Of a stretch of DNA of 64,000 bases, positions 31,791-44,183 are shown in pieces. Positions within the stretch are counted from its first letter, which is position 1. The number at the start of each line of letters is the position of its first letter. The position numbers and the translations under genes are program-made. Below the pieces are notes generated by a model, which was not told the origin of the DNA, made no database searches, and saw only the letters and a list, made by a program, of their open reading frames with translations. Source of the stretch: an uncultured Gammaproteobacteria bacterium. Its GTDB lineage: Bacteria; Pseudomonadota; Gammaproteobacteria; Steroidobacterales; Rariloculaceae. Where the stretch lies: positions 462,382-526,381 of the forward strand of contig CAWDUG010000014.1 in the NCBI GenBank assembly GCA_963805435.1. The letters run 5' to 3'.

Positions 31791-32885
31791 ATGGTCAGGT
31801 TCCCGGTCTGGCCCACGATGGCCGAGAGTCGCTTCAGTCATTCGATCGATGCCTGGAGGCACGATCCGGATCTGCAGCGCTCGTTCGGGGCGCGTTTTCG
31901 CGTCCGGCCAACGTACGTCCAGGGCGCGCGGATGTTCTACAAAGCCGTTCCCTTCGGCGATTTCGCGATCACGGCCACAGCAGCCTCTTCGCCCCTGATC
32001 CACGACTGCCTCGCCGGTCTCTACGGCGATAGCGAGCGGCGCATGTTCCTGCTGATGCCGAATCAGCAGCGTTGCGTGGACAGCGGCGGCAGGCGTTTCG
32101 TGCAGCAGGCGGGCGAGTGCGCGTTCACCGACTCGGCGGTGGACCATGCCGCCGCCTACCAGAGCGCACACGCCGCGATCTGTCTCAGCATTCCGCTACA
32201 CGCGTTACGCCACTATTTGCCGCAGCCCGAGCGTCTCGTCGGGATTCGGTTCGCGAACAGCGCTCTGTCGCGGCTTGCATCGATGCTGTTGCTGTCGATC
32301 TGGTCGTCTGCCGAAGAGGGCACGGTCGCGAGCGACGGTCTGCGCGCGACGCACGCGTTGCTAGGGGTCGTCGCCAGGTGCGCGCCGGCACGTGGCGCGG
32401 ACGCCGCCGCCTGCGCCCGCGTCAGCTGCGCGCAGGTCAAGCAGTTGATCAACGCAGAGATCCGCAATCCGGCCCTCTGCGTGCAGTTTGTGGCCGAGCG
32501 CATAGGGGTGACGACGCGCTACCTGCAGTTCCTGTTCTCGGCCGAAGGCGAATGTGTGTCGCACTACATCAAGCGCGAGCGCCTGCTGGGGTGTCTGCTC
32601 GATCTGCGTGATTTCGACTTCGACAACCAGAGCATCACGGAGATCGCGTTCTCGTGGGGGTTCAACAGCGCCGCGCACTTCTCATCGTCGTTCAAGCGTG
32701 AGTTTGGATTGAATCCGCGCGACTACCGCAGCTGCGACCTCGAGGAGCTCGCCGCGTTGCAGCCGATTGGAGTCGAGGATGCGCTTCTGCAGGCGCTGAT
32801 CGTGCTCGATAGAACGAACCGTTTGCCGCGTACGGCCACGCGCACGCCCGAGCGCATGGCTCGACCCTCGGGGCTGTACTCGTAG
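31791..32885 (+). CDS. AraC family transcriptional regulator
   Basis: C-terminal double HTH (VQFVAERIGVTTRYLQFLF... ITEIAFSWGFNSAAHFSSSFKREFGLNPRDYR). Divergent from the O-methyltransferase gene. The exact start is uncertain. Confidence 0.85.
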   Translation: MVRFPVWPTMAESRFSHSIDAWRHDPDLQRSFGARFRVRPTYVQGARMFYKAVPFGDFAITATAASSPLIHDCLAGLYGDSERRMFLLMPNQQRCVDSGGRRFVQQAGECAFTDSAVDHAAAYQSAHAAICLSIPLHALRHYLPQPERLVGIRFANSALSRLASMLLLSIWSSAEEGTVASDGLRATHALLGVVARCAPARGADAAACARVSCAQVKQLINAEIRNPALCVQFVAERIGVTTRYLQFLFSAEGECVSHYIKRERLLGCLLDLRDFDFDNQSITEIAFSWGFNSAAHFSSSFKREFGLNPRDYRSCDLEELAALQPIGVEDALLQALIVLDRTNRLPRTATRTPERMARPSGLYS

Positions 32886-32936
32886 TAGCCGTGATGGCTA
32901 CGATGCTCGAGTAGCGAGCCGCCCGATGGGGTCCTG

Positions 32937-34122
32937 ATGAATCGACGACGGTTGCTCCGAGGTGCGGCCGGTGCCGCCGTGACGTTCGCTGCGCCGCGGC
33001 GGATGTTCGCAGCCGATTACGACTCTCGTGATCCGGGGTGGCCGCGTCATCGATCCTTCGCAGCGCCTCTCTGCCCAGGCGGACGTCGCGATTCGCGACG
33101 GCAAGATCGCGGCCGTGCGAAGCGGCATTCCAGCGTCTGCCGGCCTGGATTCGATCGACGCGCGTGGCAAGCTCGTGGTGCCGGGGTTGATCGACATTCA
33201 CCTGCATGCGCGCGACGCGGAGCTGCCGCCGCCCGAGATTCTGTCGACCGGCGTCACCACGATGGTCGATGCCGGCTCGAAGGGCGCGGACAACGTCGAC
33301 CAGATTCTCGATATCGCACGCCGCGCGCCGAACCGGCTGCGCGTGCTGCTGAACATCGCGCGGCTCGGCAACAATCCGGGCGGTCGCGGCGAGTTTCTCG
33401 ACGGTCTCGAGCAGGCGGACGTGGAGAAAGCGCAGCGCGCCCTCGCCGAGCATCGGGACTTTATCGTCGGAATCAAGGCGCGTCTGTCGAAGGGCATCGC
33501 GGCCAACCGCGATCGCGACGTCCTCACGCTCGCACTGCGAGTGGCAGAGCCGGCGCGCGTGCCGGTCATGATCCACGTCGGCAACACCGCCACGCCGCTG
33601 CCGCAGCTGCTCGAGCTGCTGCGCCCGGGCGACATCGTGACGCACATGTATGCGTCCGAGAATGGCATCCTCGATGCGAGCGGCCGCGTGCAGCCGCAGG
33701 TGCGCGCCGCACGGCAACGCGGCGTGCTGTTCGACTTCGGCAATGGGTTGAACGAGCACTGGAGCTGGGACGTAGCGCAGCGCGGCTTGGATCAGGGCTT
33801 CGCGCCCGACACCATCTCGTCGGATCTGAACGTGCCGGGGCGGACGGCGCAGGTGTTCGACCTGCCGAACGTGCTGTCGAAGTTCCTGCTGCTCGGCATG
33901 CCGCTCGACGACGTCGTCGCGTGCGTCACGAGCCGCGCGGCCAAGGTATTCACTCCGCTGAACGCGTACGGAACCTTGCGCGTGGGCGCGACGGCCGATG
34001 TCGCGGTGCTCGAGCTGACCGAAGGGTCGTTCGAGTTCCTCGACAACTACCAAGGGATGCGACCGGGTACGCGCCGGCTCGTCACGCGCGCCGTCGTGTT
34101 TGGCGGTAAGCGAGTCGGCTAG
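32937..34122 (+). pseudogene. Tat-exported amidohydrolase/deacetylase-family metallohydrolase; one frame break
   Basis: ORF 32937 (MNRRRLLRGAAGAAVTFAAP.. twin-arginine signal) and ORF 33028-34122 join if the t at ~33024 is dropped (..AADYD/LVIRGGRVIDPS..). HxH metal site GLIDIHLH. Confidence 0.8.
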
Positions 34123-34156
34123 AATTCGATGCCTCACTAGCCCATAGGAGAGTGCT

Positions 34157-35006
34157 TTGACTCGTGGTGTGTGTCTTTGCGGCGCCGTGGAGTATCAGTT
34201 CACCGCGCCGTTCACGATGATGATGCATTGCCACTGCTCGATGTGCCGCAAGCATCACGGCGCGGCGTTCGCCACGTTCGTCGCGGCGCCGCACTCGGCG
34301 TTTCGGTGGGTACGCGGCGAAGACGCGATCGGAACATACCGGTCGTCGGAGCGCGGCGCTCGCTCGCACTGTCGGCAGTGTGGATCCGTTGCGCCGATGC
34401 TGATGCCCGAGTCCGGGCTCGCGATCGCCCCGGCCGGCAATCTCGACGGCGATCCCGGTATCCGGCCGCAAGGCCACATGTTCGTGGGCTCGAAAGCCGG
34501 CTGGTACACGATCACCGATTCGTTGCCGCAGCATGCGGCGATGCCGCCCGACTTCGGCGGCGGCATGGGAGTGGCGCGCCCCACCGTCGAGCAACGCGAG
34601 GGCGTGGCCGACGGCAGCTGTCTGTGCGGCGAGGTGGCCTACGAAGTTCGCAAGCCCGTGCGCATGTACCACTGCCACTGCTCGCGCTGCCGTCGCGCGC
34701 GCAGCGCTGCGCACACGACGAACATGTTCTCGAGCATCGCCGACTTCGCGTTCACGCGCGGCGAGGAGCTCGTGACCGAATACAAGGTGCCCGAGGCTTT
34801 GCGGTTTGGCGTGGCGTTCTGCACGAGCTGCGGCGGCAAGGTGCCGCGGGTTCGCACGCGAGCGAGGAACGGTCGTCTTGCCCGTCGGCGCACTCGATAC
34901 GGACCCCGGTATGCGGCCGCAGGCGAACATCTTCGTGGCCTCGAAAGCGCCGTGGTTCGATATCACGGACGCGCTGCCGCAGTTCGCGGAGATGCCGCCG
35001 AGCTGA
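34157..35006 (+). pseudogene. Tandem double GFA-domain protein; one frame break
   Basis: ORFs 34157-35065 and 34806-35006 join if one base near 34853 is dropped. Two copies of the GFA Cys pattern: CLCGAVEY..HCHCSMCRK..CRQCG and CLCGEVAYE..HCHCSRCRR..CTSCGG. Confidence 0.75.
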
Positions 35007-35043
35007 AGGCCGGTGCCGTGTTCTGGGGTGCGCGCCGGTTACG

Positions 35044-36703
35044 CTACGGCAGGCCAAACACCTGAATGCGGCTCTTGTCGGCCGCGCCGGGCCAGATCCT
35101 GGACTTCATGCCCGACGCCACGCCGATCCGCTGCTTGCCGCCGGCCGAATAGCTCACGATGCCGCCGCCGATCGATTGCCCCGTGTCGAGCTGCCACAGC
35201 ACGGCGCCGTTCTCCGCGTCGAACGCGCGCAGCTCGCCGCGCAGGTCGGCGCTGAACACGATGCCGCCGGCCGTCGGCGTGACGCCCGCCAGCACGGGCG
35301 CGGGTGCCGCGAATTTCCAGCGCACGGCGCCGGTGTCCGCGTCGAACGCCGTGATCCAGCCCTTGGCTTCCGTCGGGCGGGCCCTGAATGTCGTCGGTCT
35401 TCGAGCCGAACCAGATGGCGCCCGGCTGCCGGCACCGCGGTCTCGTCCTGCAGCTGCACCGTGGCGCACCAATCGACCGCGCCCGTGAACAACGCGTTCA
35501 AGCCCGGATGGAACGCGGCGCCGTTCCATTCGTTGCCGCCCTGAATGCCGGGGCAGAAGCGCACGGGCGCCGTGCGCGACAGCGGCACGTCGACGTTCTC
35601 GCGCGTCGTGGTCGGCGACTGAAAGAGCAGCGGCAGTTTCGACGCACAGGTCTCCCGTGACGGCCCCCGGCGCCACGGCGCCGCGATCGAGCACCGACAG
35701 CAGGCCGTCCTTGTTGGCCGAAGCGACGATCGCGCGGCCGCCGCGCGTCGTAGCGAGCGCGGGCGGGCTGTTCACGTCCCAGTCGTGGTTGTCGTGCTTG
35801 ACGATCTGGTTGTAGCCGAGCATTCGGCCGGTGGCGGCGTCGAGCGCGATGATCGAGTTCGTGTAGAGATTGTCGCCGCCGCGCGCCTCGGCATCGAAAT
35901 CCGGCGCCGGGTTGCCGGCCGGCACGTACAGCATGCCGCGCCCGGTGTCGAGCGTGAACGAGGTCCAGAACGCGCCGCCCGTGATCGGATAGCGCGCCGC
36001 GTTCGGCCACGTGGCGCGAACCGCCGGTTCGTCTGGCACCGACGTCGAACTTCCACACCACGTGGCCGTCGGCCGCATCGAGCGCATACGCGTGCCCGCT
36101 GACGCCGGTCTGATCGCCGCCGGCGTGGCCGATGAACACGAGACCGTTCGCCGCGATCGGCGCCATGGGCATCGTCACACCCGGCACCCTCACGTCGATC
36201 TCGTGATCCCACAACGTGTGGCCGTCGTTCGCGTCGAGCGCCAGCACGTGCGCGTCCGTGGTGCCGCGGAACAGCCGCCCGTCGAGATACGCGAAGCCGC
36301 GATGCACGCCGAGCGGGGACGGGTGCTCCACGGGCCGTTCGACATTCCATTTCTCGGCGCAGGTGGCCGCGTCGATTGCGTACGAGCGCGTCTCGGTCGT
36401 GAAGTACATCGCGCCGGCGACGACGATCGGGCCCGTCTGCAGCGCGGAGACTTCCGGCAACGTGTAGCTGCACACCGCCGTGAGCTGCGCGACGTTGCCG
36501 CGATTGATCTCGTCGAGCGGCGAGAAGCGATCGCCCGCGAGCGTGCGGTTGTAGGCGGGCCAATCCCCGGCCGGCACCGCTTGTTGTGCTGCGCGCGCCG
36601 GTGGCGGCGTCGGCGCGGTGGCCGGAGCCGAGCTCGTGCCGCCGTTGCACGCGGTCAGAAACACGGCAGCCAACGCAACGAAAATCGCCAGCCAGTTACG
36701 CAT
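35044..36703 (-). pseudogene. PQQ-dependent dehydrogenase-like beta-propeller lipoprotein; frame broken four times
   Basis: Pieces of ORFs 35498-36703, 35044-36087 and 35154-35588, then 35044-36087 again, join if one base is dropped near 36040, ~35650, 35420 and 35374. Lipobox FLTAC. Repeated PQQ-propeller strings: ALDANDGHTLW, ALDAADGHVVWKF, ALDAATGRML, AFDADTGAVRWKF, AFDAENGAVLWQL. Confidence 0.75.
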
Positions 36704-37035
36704 CGCGGTCCCCCGAATTTACCGCCGGCATCATAGCCCTGATCACGGGGCTGTCGCCCCGGAGCGCGGCCTCCAACCACCGAGGACGCTGTCCGCCACG
36801 GGGCCTCGCCGTCCGCTGCGGTGCCAGAAGAATTAATGTGTGGCCCGGAAACATCAACCGCCCCCCTGTGTTGGCGCGGCTCGTTATCCCGGCGTTGCGA
36901 GGTAGTCTCTCGCATGGTAGCGTCGGTACTAGGTCATATCGTGGGGTGGGGAGCCCCTGATACGGTCCGCAGGGTGTCGAATCTCGGAGTCGTTCTGGCG
37001 ACCGAGATCGGCGTTCATCACAAGGGGAGGAAACA

Positions 37036-40000
37036 ATGAACACGGCGTTCAGAGAACGCGCCGGTGATTTGCCTTCGGCAATCGCCTCGGCGCTTTTAGC
37101 GGTCGCGTTGGGATTTGGCTCGGCCCTTCAGCCCGCACGGGCTCAGCAATCTACGGCGACTTCCGGCGACACGCGTCTGGAAGAGATTGTCGTCACGGGT
37201 TCGCGCATTCGCCAGAACCAGGATTACGCGTCACCGAACCCGATCAGTACCTTCGATGCGCAGAAGATGAAGGACCTTGGCCTGGTCAACATCTCCGACG
37301 TCGTGACTCAAGTGCCGCAGAACGTATCCCAGTTTCAAGCGGCCACGACAGGCGGGAGCGCGTTCTTCATCGGCTCGACCCTTGCGAATCTGCGCGGCCT
37401 GAATCCTTTCTTCGGCACTCGCACACTCACGCTTGTCAACTCGAAACGCTTCATTCCGACGACGCAGGGCGACAGCGTCGACCTGAACTTCATTCCATCG
37501 ATCCTCATCAGCCGCACGGAGGTCGTGACCGGTGGCGCCTCGGCGGCCTACGGTTCCGGCGCAGTCTCCGGCGTCGTGAACATCCTGCTCGACAACCAGC
37601 TGAAGGGCGTCAAGCTCGACATCGACTACGGCACGACCGGCCAGGGCGACGGCAACAACTATCACATCGGTTTTGGCGCCGGTAATTCATTCGGGAACGA
37701 GCGCGGCCACTTCGTAGTCGGTGGCGAAAAACAGTCTTCGGACGCGATCCAGAGCTGTTCCGACGCACGCGACTGGTGCGGGAAGGGCGTCGGGACGTTC
37801 AACAACAACCCCGCGTTCGCGTTCGGTGTGGGTGCGCCTTATACGCCGAAGAATCCGGGCCTGCCGGCCAACATCATCGAGGCCAACTTGCGCTCGAACC
37901 AGCTGAGCCGCAGCGGCGTCATCTTCAACAACATCGCCGGTTCGACATCTGCTTCCCAGTTCAACGCCGCGGGTACGGACATCATCCCGTTCGCGATCGG
38001 ACAGCAAGGTTGGACCGGGGTGGGCGGCACGGTGCAGGGCGGCGACGGCGAGCCCATCTATAAAAACCTGTCTCTGTATCCGGAAATCAACCGGGACACG
38101 CTCTACGGTCACGCCGACTGGAACTTCACGGACTCGCTCAGGGGCACTCTGGAAGCCTCGTGGGGCCACGTCGTCGGAGTCAACCATCAGTGGTCGCCGG
38201 CTCAGAACACGGTCAATACCTGCATCCGGCCCGACAACGCGTACCTGGGAACCCTGTCAGTGGCAGCCCAGAATGCACTGACTGCGTTTGGCGGCAACTC
38301 GCCGTTCTCGACGAACGTGCTGTGCGGTGCGTTCGGTCCTCCGGGCACGATCCTCACGAAGGACTGGTCCGGTCAAAACGACGAGACGGTCACGACCGAT
38401 ACCACCGTCACACGTGTCGTGGTTGGACTGAACGGCGAATTCGGTCCGAAGTGGACGTGGGATGTGTACTACCAGTACGGCAAGACCACGCGCGCTCAAA
38501 TCGGTACGGGCTATACGACGAACTGGCGCTACTACATGGCTGCGGATGCGGTCATCGATCCGGCCACGGGCAACCCCGCGTGCCGCGCGGTCGTGACGGG
38601 GCTGGTTCCCGATCCGAACGTCGATCCGTCATTGATCACGGGCTGCAAGCCGTTGAACCCGTTCGGGACGGCGAGCGCCTCGCCAGAGGCGCTCAAGTAT
38701 GCGTTCGGCAACCTGACTGAGTCCGATGACATTCGCCAGGACGTGTGGGCGGCGTCCTTCACGGGCGACCTGTGGAAGGGTTGGAGCGCAGGCGCTCTGA
38801 AGGGTGCCTTTGGCGCCGAGTACCGTACGGACGATCTCGTCAACAGCGCCGGCGACTTACCGCGCGCGCAGCGCACCGACTTCAGCCTGCAGTATGGCGA
38901 TTCGTTCGCCGGCAAGACGAACGTCAAGGAAGCGTTCATGGAGCTCGAGATGCCGTTCCTGCGCGACAAGCCGGGCGCGCAGCTGCTCCTGGTCAATCTG
39001 GCAGCACGCAGCTCGAACTACGAGAACGTCGGCGGACTCGGGACGTCCGGTGAAAGCGGGACGCAGTCGTTCAAGACTTGGAAGGCCGCGTTAGTCTATG
39101 ACCCGGTCAAGTGGTTCCGCCTGCGCGGCAGCCGGTCACAAGATCTGCGTGCTGCGAGCTTCCGCGAGCTGTACTACTCGCAGAGCATTCCGCCCGGCGG
39201 CATATTTGGCTACGCGCAGAATCCCACGGTGCCGGCCGGCACGTACGGGTTCTTCGGAGATCCCGCCTGGCTGATCCTGTCGGGCAATCCGAAGTTGAAG
39301 CCTGAGGAGGCGGTCACCTCGACGGTCGGGTTCGTCATTTCGCCGGGTGGCGCTGCAGAGGGACTGCATTTCTCGGCGGACTACTACGACATCACGATCA
39401 AGGGCGGGCAGCGGCTCGACGGTGCCGCGAACGTGGTCAACGGCTGCTTCAGCCTGCAGCAGGCCGAGCAATGCGCTCGGATCACGTACGGACCGCCGAC
39501 CGTCGCCGGCAATCCGACGAGCAATATCTTCGAAGTCTACGTGCCTTACATCAACGCTTCGCCCTACACGGCGAAAGGCGTCGACTTCTCCTTCGACTAC
39601 CCGGTGCACCTGTCAGCCGGCACGATGTGGTTCAATGTGACTGCTACGCACGCGCAGCAGTTGTTGTTCCAGAACACGATTTCGCTGGCGATTCGCAACA
39701 TCGCTGGGCAATCGGGCGGCGGCTTCGGGTTCCTGGCCGACGCGGCGCCGGCGCCGGAATGGATCGGGAATTTCGTCGTGGGCTACCGTCGCGACAATTT
39801 CTCTGTCACCGGGCAGTGGCGGTACACGGGTTCCGGAAAACTGGACCTCTTGGACCCCTACTTGGGGCCCAGCGATCCGGGATACAACCCGAACCTGACC
39901 GGCAGCGTGTCCAACAGCGACGTGCCGGCGCATAGCACGTTCAACCTCTCGGGTTCGTACGCCTTCCGTGCCAAGGGCACGAGTCGCATGGAGCTGTTCG

Positions 40001-40134
40001 GGTCGATCACGAACCTGTTCGACAAGGATCCGCCTTTCTCGGCCAACAACACCTTCGGTACGGGTGGCGTGAACGGTGCGTTCTTCGACACGCTCGGGCG
40101 AACGTATCGCATCGGCGTGCGTATGACCTTCTGA
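37036..40134 (+). CDS. TonB-dependent receptor (1032 aa)
   Basis: Intact ORF with AAGGGGAGG upstream of the ATG, a signal peptide, a plug domain (LEEIVVTGSRIRQNQ, TEVVTGGASAAYGSGAVSGVVNI) and a terminal ...RIGVRMTF. Confidence 0.92.
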   Translation: MNTAFRERAGDLPSAIASALLAVALGFGSALQPARAQQSTATSGDTRLEEIVVTGSRIRQNQDYASPNPISTFDAQKMKDLGLVNISDVVTQVPQNVSQFQAATTGGSAFFIGSTLANLRGLNPFFGTRTLTLVNSKRFIPTTQGDSVDLNFIPSILISRTEVVTGGASAAYGSGAVSGVVNILLDNQLKGVKLDIDYGTTGQGDGNNYHIGFGAGNSFGNERGHFVVGGEKQSSDAIQSCSDARDWCGKGVGTFNNNPAFAFGVGAPYTPKNPGLPANIIEANLRSNQLSRSGVIFNNIAGSTSASQFNAAGTDIIPFAIGQQGWTGVGGTVQGGDGEPIYKNLSLYPEINRDTLYGHADWNFTDSLRGTLEASWGHVVGVNHQWSPAQNTVNTCIRPDNAYLGTLSVAAQNALTAFGGNSPFSTNVLCGAFGPPGTILTKDWSGQNDETVTTDTTVTRVVVGLNGEFGPKWTWDVYYQYGKTTRAQIGTGYTTNWRYYMAADAVIDPATGNPACRAVVTGLVPDPNVDPSLITGCKPLNPFGTASASPEALKYAFGNLTESDDIRQDVWAASFTGDLWKGWSAGALKGAFGAEYRTDDLVNSAGDLPRAQRTDFSLQYGDSFAGKTNVKEAFMELEMPFLRDKPGAQLLLVNLAARSSNYENVGGLGTSGESGTQSFKTWKAALVYDPVKWFRLRGSRSQDLRAASFRELYYSQSIPPGGIFGYAQNPTVPAGTYGFFGDPAWLILSGNPKLKPEEAVTSTVGFVISPGGAAEGLHFSADYYDITIKGGQRLDGAANVVNGCFSLQQAEQCARITYGPPTVAGNPTSNIFEVYVPYINASPYTAKGVDFSFDYPVHLSAGTMWFNVTATHAQQLLFQNTISLAIRNIAGQSGGGFGFLADAAPAPEWIGNFVVGYRRDNFSVTGQWRYTGSGKLDLLDPYLGPSDPGYNPNLTGSVSNSDVPAHSTFNLSGSYAFRAKGTSRMELFGSITNLFDKDPPFSANNTFGTGGVNGAFFDTLGRTYRIGVRMTF

Positions 40135-40157
40135 TTCTCCGCGCACGGCAGTAGCTC

Positions 40158-40189
40158 GGGTGCCGCATGGCTCGTCCCATGCGGCACCC
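40158..40189. terminator. Strong hairpin between convergent genes (13-bp perfect stem)
   Basis: GGGTGCCGCATGG (40158-40170), loop CTCGTC, CCATGCGGCACCC (40177-40189). It starts 24 nt after the receptor stop and is followed by only a short TT, so intrinsic-terminator function is plausible but not certain. Confidence 0.55.
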
Positions 40190-40309
40190 TTCACCACCGG
40201 CTGGTTTGCCGCCTCGAGGCTCGAGATCCCGAGCCGCGGACTCACGCCCTGCGGTGGCAGACCTTCACGATCGCGAGTAGCGCACGGACGTGCGCAGGCG
40301 AGCCTCTCG

Positions 40310-43322
<3,013 letters not shown>

Positions 43323-43367
43323 GAAGCCCCCGCTTGGAGTTGTATTGAAAGGATCGGGAATGGATTG

Positions 43368-43400
43368 TGACTATTTAGTCATTATTGTACGATTTAGTCA
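43368..43400. promoter_or_regulatory. Candidate TetR operator: palindrome TGACTA-TT-TAGTCA plus a repeated half-site
   Basis: Perfect inverted repeat at 43368-43381. The half-site GATTTAGTCA recurs at 43391-43400. Both lie in the 98-bp AT-richer gap between the divergent fadB-like and tetR genes. Confidence 0.55.
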
Positions 43401-43420
43401 ATATCAGCCCCGCCCGAGTC

Positions 43421-44056
43421 ATGGCGAAACGTAGCACAGCCCGGACCGACCCGCGCCGCGATCGCACGCGCGAGGCGTTGCTGAACGCGGGGCGCAGCCT
43501 GTTCGCGCGTCGCGACGTCGACGGCGTCAGCGTCGATGAGATCGTCGAGGCCGCCGCCGTCGCCAAAGGCAGCTTCTACAACCACTTCGCCGATAAGGAC
43601 GTGTTCGCGCGCGAGATCGCTGCGTCCGCGCGCCGCGAGGCGGACGCGTTGGTCAACGAGGTCAACGCGGGCGTTTCCGATCCTGCCGTGGCCGTCGCGC
43701 GGGCGCTGTGCGTGTTCGTGCGGTTTGCGATGGAGCGGCGCGATAGCGCGCGTACGCTGTGGCGTCTGAACACCGGCGCCACGATGGTCGACGCGCCGAT
43801 CAATCGCGGGCTCGTCGACGTCGTGCAGCACGGCATCGACGAGGGCGCGTTCAATCACCTCGACGTGGAGTCCGGCATCCTGCTCGTCATGGGCACGATC
43901 GTGATCACCCTGCGCCACCTGTTCGAGGAGCGGATCGCTACGGAGCCGAGCGAGATTGCGCGTCGAATGGCGGCCGGTCTGTTGCGCTCGCTCGGCGTTC
44001 CCGCAGGACGCGCAGACAAGCTCGCGCGCGAAGCGACGCTCGCCGTGCTCGGCTGA
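43421..44056 (+). CDS. TetR/AcrR family transcriptional regulator
   Basis: Frame of ORF 43385-44056, starting at ATG 43421. N-terminal HTH: REALLNAGRSLFARRDVDGVSVDEIVEAAAVAKGSFYNHFADKD. Confidence 0.9.
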   Translation: MAKRSTARTDPRRDRTREALLNAGRSLFARRDVDGVSVDEIVEAAAVAKGSFYNHFADKDVFAREIAASARREADALVNEVNAGVSDPAVAVARALCVFVRFAMERRDSARTLWRLNTGATMVDAPINRGLVDVVQHGIDEGAFNHLDVESGILLVMGTIVITLRHLFEERIATEPSEIARRMAAGLLRSLGVPAGRADKLAREATLAVLG

Positions 44057-44088
44057 GCGCCCCGCCGTGTTCAACGGCGGCGGGGCGC
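44057..44088 (+). terminator. GC hairpin immediately after the tetR stop (possible terminator or attenuator)
   Basis: 10-bp stem GCGCCCCGCC (44057-44066) / GGCGGGGCGC (44079-44088). No U-tract follows. Confidence 0.3.
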
Positions 44089-44183
44089 CGCCGCCGATCA
44101 AGCCCCTGCCGGGCGACAGAGATCCATTTTCGACGATAAGCGTTCTGGTATTCTCTGCGGGGGTTCTACCCAACGCAGCACGT

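Noticed and set aside
36704-37035. 332-bp leader upstream of the 1032-aa receptor, considered as a riboswitch, sRNA or Fur box
   Set aside because: It contains only a short 7-bp hairpin (ATCTCGG...CCGAGAT) and a possible TTGCGA-17-TAGCGT promoter. Reading by eye shows no match to riboswitch or Fur-box consensus sequences.
43956-44183. 5' extension of the kinase ORF back to 43956, and similar extensions of mpl (55435), tkt (59797) and cpdA (59893)
   Set aside because: The extensions overlap the preceding gene or an intergenic hairpin and encode non-conserved, Arg-rich sequence. Internal starts give canonical N-termini.
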